A DNA stretch of 63,966 nt, filler included, from Malassezia furfur (GCA_052055015.1; 4 parts of 4 records of this genome joined end to end with filler, not necessarily neighbours in it); one strand, 5' to 3'. Positions 25,276-37,694 are shown, numbered from the whole stretch's first letter. Numbers and translations: made by a program. Notes: a model not told the origin generated them from the sequence alone.

Positions 25276-26222
25276 ATGCGCCGATAGAGATGGAGGTCTG
25301 GGTCAGTAGGATACCACGCGCTTCATACCTGTGCGGTAGGGATACGCAAATACACCCGCGGACGCGTCGAGCCACTTGCGGCCTGTCGTGCTGTCGGGCG
25401 CGTCAAACACCGCGCGCGCCTGCGCAGCAAGGCGCGCGCGCTCCTCCTCGGGCAGTACCGAGATGTACGACTTGGACAGCATGCGGTCCACGGCGCCGTC
25501 GAGCGTCGTCGGCAGCTCGCGCTGCTGCTGCACGGGCGGCAGCGCCTCGAACGAACGCGCGTAGCTTGGCGTGTCGAGCATCTGCTTCCATGCCATGTGC
25601 CGGTACTGCGGCACGCCATCCTCGTATGGCTCGTATAGGTCGCGCAGCTGTGCCACCCACGGCGCCGCCTCGCGATCCTCCAAGTTCCACAGTAGCGCCA
25701 GCACCCCGCCAGGACGCAGCGCCTGTGCAATGTGCGCCAGTGCCTGGTCAAAGTTGGGGCACCAGTGCCACGCCTGTGCAATCACCACCAGATCGTTGTC
25801 GTGGCCCGCTTCGAACGTATCAAATGCACCCTCGGCGACGCGCACCTGCGCATTGGCCGCCAGCGCGCCGCGCGCCTGCAGCGTCGCAACGACGCCCGGC
25901 GCATCCGGCGTGCCAAACAGCGAGCGGCGCAGGTGCTGCAGCATGCCCTCCGACGGATCAAATGCGTCGAGTCGCGCGATACCACCGTGCCGCTCTCCTG
26001 CAGCCAGCAGCTCGCGAGTCGCGATGCCCGTTCCCGCGCCGATCTCGGCGATGCGCAGCGGCTGCGTCGCGTGCGGCGCGGCCAAAATCGCGTCGATAGC
26101 CTCCGCGGGGTCTGTGTGAGGGTCGTTCACATACACGACGGGCGCGCGCGGTCGTACAGCCCGTTGGCCCCCGTCGAGTCAAATCCACGACGCGCAACGT
26201 TGTGCACCATACGCCGCGCCAT
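25272..26222 (-). CDS. Class I SAM-dependent methyltransferase (Methyltransf_11-like)
   Basis: GFDSTGANGLYDRARPS|YPAEAI, motif I IAEIGAGTGIAT, DLVVIAQAWHW, LRPGGVLALLWN, YPYRT|DLHLYRRI*; introns 26112-26134 and 25298-25328; start codon uncertain. Confidence 0.85.
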
Positions 26223-26337
26223 GCTAGGGGAACGTTCAGCCCCACATACCCGCACGTGAGGTGGACCGAGCGCAGCCGTTTCGACATCCACGCGGGAATT
26301 TGGGCGAAATTCGCCTCCACGCACCGCACCCACCGTC

Positions 26338-27181
26338 ATGCCTGCAACCGAAGTTGAGATCGACACGGTCCTGTTCGACATGGATGGGGTACGCTGACCA
26401 CGCTCACACAGACCCTCCTGGACTCTACGCCCGCGGTCAACAGCACCTGGAAGGAATACGCCGACCAGTACCATCTCGACATGGACGAGCTCGTACGTGT
26501 CCGCCGACTCACCGCAGCTGCACAATGCGCACGGACACCGCACCATCGAGAACCTCGCGCGGTATATCCCGGGCCTCAAGGGTAGCAAACTCGAGGCGGA
26601 GGTGAAGCGCTTCGAGTCGCGCATTCTCGAGATCGCCGAAGAAAAAATCAACCAGAGCGAGACCCTTGTGCAAGAAGAGGCGATCCTCGAGGGCGGCATC
26701 GTTCCGCTGCCGGGCGCCAAGGAGCTCATTGACCAGATCAATGCGGGCAAGCAAGCCAACCCCGCGCGCCGCGCTGGCTGGGCCATCGTAACGAGTGGTA
26801 CGTGCGCACACCTAACCCACAGCTACGTCTGCCTATGCACAACGCGCCTACCAACTCGCCGGGCTCGGCACGCCGCCCACCGTGTTTGTTACGGGCGACA
26901 TGGTCGCAAACGGCAAGCCCGCACCCGAGCCCTACGAACGCGCCGCGGCGCTCTCCCAGGTTGCTGACATCCACCGCTGCCTCGTGGTGGAGGATGCACC
27001 CCCTGGCGTGACCAGCGGCAAGGCCGCAGGCGCCTACGTGCTTGGCCTCGAGACCACGCATGACGGCCGCCGCATGTGGGCCAACGGCGCGAACTGGGTC
27101 GTCAAGGACCTGTCCAAGGTCCAGGCGCGCTGGGAGGGCGACAAGCTGATTCTGACCATCGACTCCGAGCCCCACCCGTAA
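26338..27181 (+). CDS. HAD-superfamily sugar/glycerol-phosphate phosphatase (Gpp/Dog-like), copy 1
   Basis: LFDMDG|TLLDS, HGHRT, WAIVTS, GKPAPEPY, CLVVEDAPPGVTSGKAAGA; three short introns. Confidence 0.9.
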
Positions 27182-27757
27182 GATGTGCCAAGTAGTTCAT
27201 TGCCTAGGCACACGTCCGTGCACGTCCACACCTTGCTGCTGCGGCAACCGTCCTTAGCGTAACGCACGCATCCACCATTGGACCATTCGACCGAGATCCG
27301 CCGACAAAGGGGCGGTCGACCCCGCCTGAAACGCCTAGGTGCGTGAATGTCCGTACATCTTTATAGAAAGCTCTCTGCGCCTCGCTGTAATTTGCTCGCT
27401 CGTCTTCCTTCGCCCGGCGCTACCGCAGTTTTGCCCGAATACAACCTACTTTCGCCGCCGAGTGAAGCGTCCTGTGCTTATTCCAGCCAATCACAGCAAG
27501 GAAATTCCACTATGCATTCCACGTGTTTCCATATGCGCGCTTCGTCACGATGACAAACGAATTAAACATGTGCCGAATCTCAGCGACACATATGCCGTGC
27601 AGATGCTGGAGCGAGGTGCCTCGGAGCGCCGCAAGTGGTGCACCGGCGATGTCACAATTCGGAACCGGCAGTGGTACACGAATAGAAACTGCAAACGTTT
27701 AAAAGAACCGATCTGCGCGGCGTAACCACCTTTCTTCACCCTCTATTCCCATACATC

Positions 27758-28608
27758 ATGCCCGTCGAAAAAGTTGAAGCCAAAGGTCTCCTGTTTGACA
27801 TGGATGGCGTACGTACCAGGCATTCGTGGATCCGAGGCTAACCTGCGCAGACCCTGATCAGCTCCACCGCCGCGCTCAGCGCCGTGTGGGTCGAGTTCTG
27901 CCAGCAATACGACATGGACCTTGAGGACCTCGTACGTATTCTTGCTCGTGCATGGGCCACTAACCGCAGCTCAAAAACTCGCACGGCAAGCGTACCGTCG
28001 AGAACCTCAAGGAGCGTCTCCCGGAGCTCTCGGACGAGAAGGCGAACGCCGAGGCGGTGCGCTTTGAGGAGCGCATCATTGAGATCTCTGACGAGAACCG
28101 TGCCAAGGCCGACTCGGAGCCCACTGCGGAGGACCCCCAGGGCACCATTGTGGGCCTGCCCGGTGTCAAGAATCTCCTTACTCAGATCAACGCGGGCGCC
28201 AACAAGGGCAACCGCGGCTCTGGCTGGGCGATTGTGACGAGCGCCACGGGCGACTATGCTCGCCGCGCCTTCTTGTCCACCGGTGTTGCGCCGGAGCCCG
28301 AGGTGTTCATTTCGTCGGATGACGTGACCGCGGGCAAGCCCCACCCGCAGCCGTACCAGACGGGTGCGAAGGTGAGCAACTTCGATATCAAGGATACCAT
28401 TGTTGTCGAAGATGCACCGGCTGGTGTGCTGAGCGGCAAGCGCGCTGGCGCGCGTGTCCTCGGCCTCCAGACGACGCACGACTCGCGCCGCATGTGGGCG
28501 AACGGTGCCGACTGGGTCGTCCAGGACCTGTCCAAGGTCTCGGCGGCCTGGGAGGGCGACAAGCTGATCCTTACGATTGACTCGGAGGAGAAGCCCAAGG
28601 ATCTGTAA
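27758..28608 (+). CDS. HAD-superfamily sugar/glycerol-phosphate phosphatase (Gpp/Dog-like), copy 2
   Basis: LFDMDG|TLISS, HGKRT, WAIVTSAT, GKPHPQPY, IVVEDAPAGVLSGKRAGA; two short introns. Confidence 0.9.
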
Positions 28609-28717
28609 TCGCTAGTCCGCTCATTTTGACGACCTTCGCGTGCCTTGGCGCACGCGCATTACATTTTTCACGTACCATTTCATGCTAGAACAGTAGCGTT
28701 TCTTACACCTACGAATT

Positions 28718-30027
28718 CTAATTCCCGAGCAGCACGCCCACAGCGCCTTCGACACTGCCGCCGCTCAGGAGCAGCGCACGGATGTTGGCGTTGGCGTCAT
28801 AGAATCCCATGCCCTGGAGCTGCTCCAGCTGTGTCGCAAAGCGCTCCTCGGGCGGGCGGTTGTCGGCGGGCGCCGCGCTGCCGCCCAAGCCGCCCAAGCC
28901 GCCCAAGCCGCCCAGGCCACCCAGCGGGTTGCCACCAGCCTGTCCCAAGAGCTGCTGCAGTCTGACGGTGAGTGGAGCGCCAACGTACTGGGCCAAGTTT
29001 TGCAGCGGATTGCCGCCTTCGGCACCGGCGCCACCGCCGAGCGCGCCAAGGCCGCCAAGGCCACCCAAGCCACCGAGGCCACCGAGGCCCGCGAACGGGT
29101 TGGCGGCAGCCCCCGAGCGTGCGTCACCGGTGCCCTGCGTGTTCTGGTTGCCCTCAGTGTTGTTGTTCTGGCCAAAGGCGCCGGGCGGAGGCCATGCAGC
29201 GCCCGGGGCGCCGAGCCCGCCGAGGGTCTGCGACAGCTGCGCCATGCGCTGGATCGATTCGGGGTTCGTGAGCATCTCACGGAAGTGTTCCGAGCGTACT
29301 GTGTGAGTGTTTTGACGTACGCATCTCTCGCATCTGGGGCGCCATCGCCTGCATCTGCGGGTTGCTCGCGATAATCTGGTCGACCACCTCGGGCTGTGCG
29401 AGCATTTCCCGCATGTGCCGCAAGAACTCGGGGTTCTGCATCATACCCAGCATCACATTTGGGTCGCGCGGGTTCATTCCGCCAAAGTTGCCAAACATGC
29501 CGCCCGCATCGTTCATGAGGCTGGCCATGTGGGGCCCGGCGTAGTCCGCCCGGTTGAGGGCCGAGAGGGGGTTGTTGGTGAATTGCTGGCCTGCCGAGAA
29601 GCTCGAAGGGATCCCCTGCGACTCGGCCGCACGCGACGCCGACTCGTTGGAGGGCGCATTCGGCGTCGCACTCGCCGCACCGCCGCCGCCGTTGTTCGAC
29701 TCGGCCGGCCGCGCCGCCGAGCGCACCATGTGGACGGTGTCTGTGTGAGTGGCGCGTCCAACGTACGTCCGTTCTGCACCTTGTATGACTCGAGCGTCTC
29801 AGGGTCCTTGAGCACCTTGCCACTGTAGATGAGGCGCTGGCTGAGTGTCAGTGCACCGGCGCCTTCGCCGCTTACCTGGCCACCGGGAAATTCTTATCGG
29901 CTTCCTCGATTTTTTGCTTCAGCTGCAGCACGGTCATGTCGAGGCTGACATGTACCGTGAGCTTCAGTGCGTTCGGTCCCTTGACCGTCAGCGAGACGTC
30001 CGCGTCGCCCGTTTCCGTGCTCGACAT
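28718..30027 (-). CDS. DSK2: Ubiquilin (UBL-STI1-UBA proteasome shuttle)
   Basis: UBL ([24 protein letters not shown]), STI1 ([15 protein letters not shown]), UBA ([36 protein letters not shown]); several short introns. Confidence 0.92.
28880..29092 (-). repeat. Two blocks of 9-nt coding repeats (GGL)n in the DSK2 linker
   Basis: gccgcccaag x3 and gccaccgag/gccgccaag units; they translate as [13 protein letters not shown]. Confidence 0.8.
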
Positions 30028-30246
30028 CGTCAATGGAATGCGGAGACCAGCGCATGGACGGTGCACCTTCGGCCGAGCGACACGCTGGCTCCCCCACGCA
30101 CCCACCCTGCACGGACGCTTGTGACACGCGCGAGGCGGCGGCGCATACGTCACCCGCTGCAGGCCGCGCATCGCGCTCGTATACGCGTAGCGATACATAA
30201 GCACACACACATCGTATGCAAAACGATTCCGCTCAACACCGTCTAT

Positions 30247-31054
30247 CTAGTCCCTCTTGAGCGGGCGGTGGATGACCATGCACGCACCCGACGTGTACGA
30301 GTCCTCTCCACCGACGGCTTCCACTGCACCCATCGCAGCAAGGTCAATGTCCGCTGCACGCGGGCCACTTGTGTCTCCGTCGCTTTTTGGTGCCAGCGAG
30401 CGCACGACAAAGATGTCGAGGCCATCGCCGACTTCGATATGACGCTCGGTCGCCGAGGTGAAGGAATCCATGGTGATCTTCAGCGTTTCTTCGAGCGGCA
30501 GGTGTCCAGGCGCAGGGATTTCGTGACCAGGCGTCGCGTTCTGGTTCTTGAACAACACCTGGTTGTCCAGGAACGGCTGGATCAGCCCCTCGGCTGCCCC
30601 CGCCGCATTGCACACAAGGCGCTCGACGGTGCCGACGGGGTCGTAGCTGAACACCGCACCGCGACCTTGTTCATCGATCCCCCCGAGGATGTTGTGAACA
30701 TAGTAGGGGAAAAACCGCTTGCTGTACAGGATCGTCGAAAGCATGCGTGCGATGGAGTGCAGGGGCATCGAACGGTTGTGCTGGTATTGGTACAGCTCCA
30801 GACGCTGCCGAACACGAGCCACCAAGGCCTCTGCATCGGCTGCAAACCCGTCTGTCGCGAGCGTCGCCTTGTCGGTTCTGCGGTGAGCGGTTTTGTACGT
30901 ACAGGCGAAACACTTTGGGCTTGTGCCGCGTTTGGATGTTGTACCCCTCGCTTTGGCGCGTGTCACCGGCGATAACACAGTAGTCCTCGCCGTGAATGGC
31001 GAGGATGGAGCCGCCATTGGACGTATATGGGTTAAATTGGTGACCGACGGGCAT
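30247..31054 (-). CDS. PRE7: 20S proteasome subunit beta-6 (PSMB1)
   Basis: QFNPYTSNGGSILAI.GEDYCVIAGDTRQSEGYNIQTR, LYSKRFFPYYV, IQPFLDNQV, DSFTSATERHIEVGDGL, PLKRD*; intron 30878-30902. Confidence 0.94.
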
Positions 31055-31410
31055 GGCAGCTGCTTGGCTTCCGAGCACACTGGCCGACGTGAGCTACGAC
31101 GCGCGGCGCCCGCGTGGCCCAGATCACCCAGCACGTGACTGTCGCTGGTGCACTGTGCGTCACCGAGAGACGAGCGCCCCGGCGAGTTACACCCGGGGCG
31201 GCTGCTGCTGCTGCGCGCGAAGTGCTCGCGGAACTAGCATAGGGGTCATGGGTCGATGAATTTATACGGCATGTATGGGGGGGAGTACAAACAGTTTCCC
31301 AGGGCACGCGCCTCGTGGGCGGGTCTGGCGGTTCCACACGGGTGTCTCACCTTGCTGTGGTCGCCGAAGGGAGCTGCCGTACAATCTGTACACATCGGAA
31401 GTCATGCCAT

Positions 31411-33299
31411 TTAACGCGGCTCAGGCGAAGGTTGCCGCTGGTTTCCACTGGTATGCTCGAGCGCCTCTTTGATCATGCTCACCGTCGACTCGATGGATCG
31501 CCGGCGGTTCGAGGGTGACGACATGGTCGTCCCTAGGGAGCTCGTGCGTGAATGGCCACGGCGGTGCGAAGAGGGCATGCGTGGCTCGAGCACAGGCGTG
31601 GACATTCCCGAGGAGCTCGGCGAGGAGAGATCGACGCGCGAACCCACTGGCATGTTGGACATCGAGCCGGAAATGTTGGCGTCGATGAGCTGCGGCGGCA
31701 GACGCTCGTTCTCAATGTCCACCTTGCGTGCCTCATCGAAGGTCTGAATGGCATTTTTGATGCCCTCCGAGCCGAGGGCCAGCGTTCCATAGGGCAGTTT
31801 TCCGGTGCCCGAAGCCACCTTGAGCTCCGACACACGCTCTGCCTCCTCGCGGAGCACGGAGAAGACGCGCGACATGCGTCCCACCGCAAGGATCTTGTTT
31901 TTGATGACCGAGCGGCGCTCGAGGAAGTCGTCGTTCTGGTCGCCCATGCCCGGCCCCGTGATCGCCGGGACAGGGCTGGGTCCCGACGTGGTTTCCTGCT
32001 CCATAAGGAGCGAGTTGTCCTCCTCTTCGGCCTCCTCGAGCTCCTCTTTGCTGCAGATGTTCAGGATGGCCATCAGCATATCGGTCACTTTTTCGCCCAC
32101 GAATGGCAAGCTCCACGTGAACACGTCCATGAAGTTGGGCAGCCAGTAGGGGTGCGGTGTGCAGTTGAACTGACGGATGTTCATCACGTTGTTTTCGTAC
32201 TTGAGCACGGCAGCCTTGTTGTTGTACACATCAAGGTAGTTGGGTGCCGAAAAGATGGTCATGACCGATGGGAATCCGGTCACTTTTGTCTTGCGGTACA
32301 TGCGGTAGCCTGCATCTTGGGCCTCGTGTGCGCGGATGATAGAGAGCAGGTTATTTCGCTCCAGGAACTGACAAGCGGCATTGTAGGTAAAGAAGTAGGA
32401 ACAGCCACGCACATGGTTGTGCATAAAGTTCTCGTTCGTCTTTTCCTGACCAAACTCTTCGAGCGGGTCAGCCCAGAGCAGGTCACAGATGAGCCCATGC
32501 GTCGGCGGCTCGCGGAACCGATTGACCGCGCGCAGGTCATCAAGCGTCTGCAGCTCGGGAGAGAGACCGCCGTGGATGCAGAGGAACTGCTTGTTCATCA
32601 CTGCGCCGAGCGGCAGCGCACAGAACGACTCCATACACAGCTCGTAAATCTCTTCCGAGTACTTGTGCTTGCACTCCAGTTTGAACGTGAAGTAGTCGGT
32701 CAGGTGGCGGCACTCGTGGTTGCCGCGCAGCAAGAAGAGCGAGTTGGGATACCCCAGCTTCAACGTCCACAAATAGAGCACACACTGGGTCAGCCACAGT
32801 CGTAACGTACTTCGATGGAAAAATAGCCGCGATCGACGTAGTCGCCGAGGAACAGGTAGCGTGTGTCTGCCGGGTTCCCGCCCACCTCGAACAGCTTCAT
32901 CAGGTCGTAGTACTGGCCGTGGATATCGCCACACACCGTAATGGGCGCATCAAGCTCAAGCAGGTTCGGCTCCGCACGCAGCAGCTCGGTGGCTTTGGTG
33001 AGGATATACTTGGCCTGGTCGTCGGTCAGTCGACCCTCGCGGTAGAAGTGGTTCTTGAGGAACTGTACATCTGGCTTGGTCGGGTCCTTCTTACTCCAGA
33101 ACTGCTCTGGCGTGGGCTTGTGGAAGGCGGGCGCTTGCACGTCGCGAATCACTCGCTCGCGGGTCGAGACTTGCTCGCCGTCTTCTGTCGTGTGTATAGT
33201 AAAGTCAATGTCTGGAACAGGTCCCTTGTGGGTAATCTGCCCCAGCGCATTGTGTATGCGCTGACGCCGTTGCATCGTCTCCGCGTGCGCGTCGCTCAT
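31411..33299 (-). CDS. CNA1: Calcineurin A catalytic subunit (PP2B)
   Basis: [39 protein letters not shown], CnB-binding [19 protein letters not shown], CaM-binding [15 protein letters not shown], autoinhibitory [16 protein letters not shown]; intron 32785-32810. Confidence 0.97.
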
Positions 33300-33378
33300 C
33301 GGAAGCTGCACTGCGCACTGTGGACGTAAAGCAAAGCCCGTGGACCACACTCTTACGTAATCTATGGGAGGTTTGCAC

Positions 33379-34017
33379 CTAGAGCTCCATCATGTCCTCG
33401 TCACGACGTTCGTCTGTAGGAGCAGCGTGTTCCTCTGTCTCTTGAACCTGCTGCCATGCAGGTGGACGCCAAGGAACAAGCGCTTGGGCTTGCGATGCAT
33501 CTTCCACAAACGACTTGTCTTGCGCGGAGGCGAGCCATTTCGGCACGGTCTCTTTTCTGGGCCCGGACGCCTTGCTGAGTCGCTCGGCAACATAGGGGTT
33601 GATATCGTAATATACATAGCTCTCCTCTGGTTCCACTTCCTCCTCCGAATCGTCGAGTGAATGCACATACACGCGGTTCGGCGAGATCTCGTACGAACTG
33701 CCCGTAGTCATGTCGGTATCCGGCTCCTCCACCGTGCACACCGGCTCGTTCAGACTCATCTCATGCAGCGGCCTACCGATCTCGCCTTCAACGTGCCGCC
33801 GCTTGTGTTGCGGGGGCCGCATTTCGTGTGGGGGGCTTGTCACCCGCAGCCGCGGCAGCGTCGGGTGCTGAACATTCCACTGTGGCTGGTCGACGAGCTC
33901 TGCATCCTCGTCATCATCTTCACTCTCCTCCGCCTCATCCGGACCCCACCAGTCGACATTCCGGCGCTTGCCCAGCGCGGCGTCATGCTTGCGCTTCCGC
34001 GAGCCGCCCTCGCTCAT
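33379..34017 (-). CDS. Hypothetical acidic protein with NLS-like motifs
   Basis: Open frame [11 protein letters not shown]...[20 protein letters not shown]...QALVPWRPP...DMMEL* filling the space between CNA1 and the MTC1-like gene. Confidence 0.65.
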   Translation of the reverse strand: MSEGGSRKRKHDAALGKRRNVDWWGPDEAEESEDDDEDAELVDQPQWNVQHPTLPRLRVTSPPHEMRPPQHKRRHVEGEIGRPLHEMSLNEPVCTVEEPDTDMTTGSSYEISPNRVYVHSLDDSEEEVEPEESYVYYDINPYVAERLSKASGPRKETVPKWLASAQDKSFVEDASQAQALVPWRPPAWQQVQETEEHAAPTDERRDEDMMEL

Positions 34018-34067
34018 CGAGGCATGTTCCGCGCTGCTCCCACGCACGTGACCGCGGTCAGACCACC

Positions 34068-35646
34068 ATGGCCTCCCAGCGCAAACAGGACGTGGACGCG
34101 TTGCTCGCGGACCTGTCGTTCGAGTCAAAGCCCAGCACGGCCAGTGTATCTCCCAGATCTACGCATCCACGCGCACCGGCCAAGGGCGAAGACGTGCAGA
34201 GCTTGCTAGACGACCTCGAGGGGCTCGTGCAGCGTCGTCGCTCCCACGGCGAAGCACGCGAAGCCACTGCCGCCGTCTCCGCGCACGCTAGCGCGGAGCG
34301 CCCCTTGTCGGGGAAACAGACACCAAGTGTTTCTGGTGCACGTACACCAAGCATTTCGGGTGCGCGCACACCAAACCTTTCGGCCACGCGTGCGCCCAGC
34401 CGGTTCGCGAGCCCCACACCGGCCTCGAATGACGATGCACCCCAGGAGCCCAAGCAGCCTCCCGCAGCACCGACTGCTTCCGCTGTGCCGCAAGCCGCGC
34501 CAGTGGCTGCCACGCAGGAAGCCAGTGCAGCAGCGGCGCCATCGTCCAAGGCGGCGGCGCCGACCGAAAGCGCGACGACCGACTCGACGCTGTCGTCTTG
34601 GGGCCAGTGGGGTGGCAGTTGGTTTTCGAATGCAACACGTATTGCCGACCAGGCACGGCACGAGCTGGAGCGTCGTGCGGCAGCTGTGGTGCAAAAGGCG
34701 CCTCCTATGGATTCTGGCGTGCAGCAGCCCATCCAGGACATCGGGAACCGATTCGCAGAACGCTTCCGTGGGCTGGTCAAGGAGGCTGGTTTGGACTCGC
34801 TCGGCCAGAACCTCACCGCCGCCGGACGTCGTGGGTGGTCGGACATTGTAAATGCGGTGGCGCCCCCTATGGAGGCGCACGAGTCGGTGGATGTGACGCT
34901 CAGTCATGGTACGTTGTGCATACCCCATCTCATCCAGACATGATCGGCTACGACGGCATCGAGTCGCTTGCCTTCAAGGTACTCTCTCGCATTTTGCAGC
35001 AGGCCGACATTACGCAGGTGGATGTACACACCGTGTCGTCCGAGAAAGAGCCGGTGCAGGACGAGCAACCGGCCCAGGCATTGCACATCGCTGCCAACCG
35101 AAGCGAGGGTATTGTTCAGGCCAAGGTACGTTGCGCTTCCTCCTGACGCACAGGCGGCGATTGAGCCCTTGTCCAGCAGCGTGCCGGCTCGTTCGGCGGC
35201 GCCGCAGGAAAACACACTAACTGTACCCGACTCGACGTGCCCCATTGTGTTGCGCCTGCAGCCGTTCTATGAGTCGGCGCTGCCGCACGATGCCGACCTC
35301 TTTAATGAGGCGCCCACGTCCTCGACAGGCGCACCCGTCGATACCAACCAGGGCGTGTCTTTCCTGGTGTGGTGGGTGGACCCTACGTACCGCCTGAGCC
35401 ACGCAACGATCAGCCAGGCAATTCCGGCGTGGTGGTGTACGTGTTACTCCGCTGACCCAGTGACGGTGCCGCTGGAGCACAATGTGTGGGTGGAACAGGC
35501 GATGTGCGATGCCATCGAAGGCGCGCTCGCCGTGGTCGCACAAGTAAGTTGGAGACCGTCGCGGTGTACTGACGGCACAGGATTACGTGCAGAGCCGACT
35601 AGCTACGTTCAGACAGGCTATTTCTGCAGCTCAGAATAGCGGGTGA
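34068..35646 (+). CDS. Mtc1-like protein (maintenance of telomere capping 1, DUF5427-type)
   Basis: WGQWGGSWFSNA, DIVNAVAPPMEAHE..VTLSH|DMIGYDGIESL, HATISQAIPAWW, VVAQ|DYVQSR; four short introns. Confidence 0.72.
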
Positions 35647-35697
35647 ATCAGCCTAGGATGCGGCTTCACAGTAGAGTGGCTGTAGCGCACGTCCTGC

Positions 35698-35752
35698 TTA
35701 CTTCACCTTGTCGTAAAGCTCGCAAGAGAGGAACTTCTCGCCGTTGATATAG
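35698..35752 (-). CDS. C-terminal fragment of an unidentified gene cut by the gap
   Basis: YINGEKFLSCELYDKVK* with host-like codon usage, running into the N-gap. Confidence 0.4.
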
Positions 35753-35852
35753 NNNNNNNNNNNNNNNNNNNNNNNNNNNNNNNNNNNNNNNNNNNNTTAA
35801 TTAATTAANNNNNNNNNNNNNNNNNNNNNNNNNNNNNNNNNNNNNNNNNNNN
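35753..35852. other. Assembly gap with artificial all-frame stop linker
   Basis: N-run flanking TTAATTAATTAA. Confidence 0.97.
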
Positions 35853-37678
35853 AGTACATCCAGATGAACCGCGACTCGACCGTCGGCGAGCTGCTGCAGC
35901 GCGCCTATCTCGAGAACGGCCAGCTGCGCTACGCCGACTCGCCGCTCGTGCGTGCGCTGCGCCTGGGGCGCGTGATTGTGGTCGACGAGGTGGACAAGTG
36001 CTCTGCGTCGGTCTCGGCCGTGTTCAAGTCGCTGGCAGAGCGCGGCGAGCTGTCGCTGCCTGACGGGCGGCGCGTTGTGCCGCACGGCACACACGTCGCC
36101 GGCGGCATCGAGGTGCATCCCGACTTCCGCCTCGTGCTCCTGGCCAACCGGCCTGGCTGGCCCTTCTTGGGCAATTCGTTCACCGAAGTCATCGGCGAGG
36201 GCTTCTCGTGCTATGCGGTGGCGAACCCCGACGCGAAGTCGGAGCGCGAGCTGCTCGAGCGCATGGCGCCGCGCGTCGACCCCAAGCTGATCGGCAAGCT
36301 GGTGCTGGCCTTCCAGGATCTGCGCACGGCGTTTGAGGAGGACCTGATCAACCACCCCTATTCGCTGCGCGAGCTGATCCACATTGTGCGCCACCTCAAC
36401 CAGTACCCCGACGAGCCGCTCGGCGAAGTGATGCTCAACATGCTCGCCTTTGACCTGCACCGCCCCGAGGCGATGAAGCTCGTCCAGGAGACGTTTGCGC
36501 GCAACGGACTCAAGGTCGGCAACCTCACGCTCGAGGAGCTCCGCGCGCACGCCGCGGACAAGGCCAAGCACAGCCCCGGGCAGGTGGCGTACGACCCGCC
36601 GGGCGACACGAGCCTGGACAAGCCCAAGGACGGTGTCGAGGACGACGAAATCCATGTGGGCGGCAACACCTTCCGAGGCGGCACCGGCGGGCGCGACACG
36701 GCGGGCCTTGGCGGGCGCGGGGGCTACGAGCGGCTGTACAAGGGCCACAAGATCCACCAGATCCCCGACGAGCTCAAGCAGCAGGTGCCCGAGCACATCA
36801 CCAACGAGGCGCGCGCCATGGCGCAAAAGGCACTCGCCGAGAAGCTCAAGGCGGACCGCCTCGAGCCGGAAGAGGCGCAGTACCTCTTGCAGATCCAGAA
36901 GCAAGTCGCCGCACAGGTGCAGCACCTCGCCAACGTGCTCAATGCGCTCACCGCCAACGAGCACGAACGCAAGTGGATGGTGCGCCAGCAAGAGGGGCAG
37001 CTCGACGAGCGCCGCTTGAGCGAGGGCCTCGTCGGCGAGCGCGCCATCTTCAAGCGGCGCCAGGAGGCTCCGCCAGAGATTGGCGCACCGCAGACCAAGC
37101 CGAAGCGCATCCGCATCGTGCTAGATGCGAGCGCCTCAATGTACCACATGCAGTTCGACGGTCGCCTCACGCGTGAGCTCGAGGCCGCGATGCTCATCAT
37201 GGAGGCGATGAAGCGCGTCGACACGTCGCGCTTTGCGTTCGACATGGTGGCACACTCGGGCGACCAGCAGGTCATCCCGCTCATCAAGCTCAACCAGCTT
37301 CCGCAGACCGACGGCGACCGCTTCCGCATCCTGCGCGACGTGGTGACCATCATGCGCTTCTGCTTCTCGGGCGACAACACGGTTGAGTGCATCGAGCAGT
37401 CGATCAAGGACGTCGCCAGTGACGACAACGCCGACGACTACTTTGTGATCGCGCTGAGCGATGCGAATCTCGCGCGCTACCACATCACGCCTGAGACGCT
37501 CGGCCACGCGCTCAAGAGCAACGACAAGGTCAAGTCGGCCGTGATCTTTATCGACAAGGGGCCCGAAGCGATGCAGGCCGCCCAGATCCTCCGTGGCCGC
37601 GCCTTTGTTGCGCAAAACACGCGCGACATCCCTCGCATCCTGTCCGACATTCTCACCTCCATGGTCGCGGGACAGTAG
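35853..37678 (+). CDS. VWA8: VWA8-like AAA+ ATPase with C-terminal VWA domain, 5'-truncated
   Basis: DSPLVRALRLGRVIVVDEVDK (Walker B), HPDFRLVLLANRPGWPFLGN, HVGGNTFRGGTGGRDTAGLGGRGG, GQLDERRLSEGLVGERAIFKRR, MIDAS-type DASASM, ALSDANLARY. Confidence 0.85.
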
Positions 37679-37694
37679 TGTTGCATAGGCCTAT

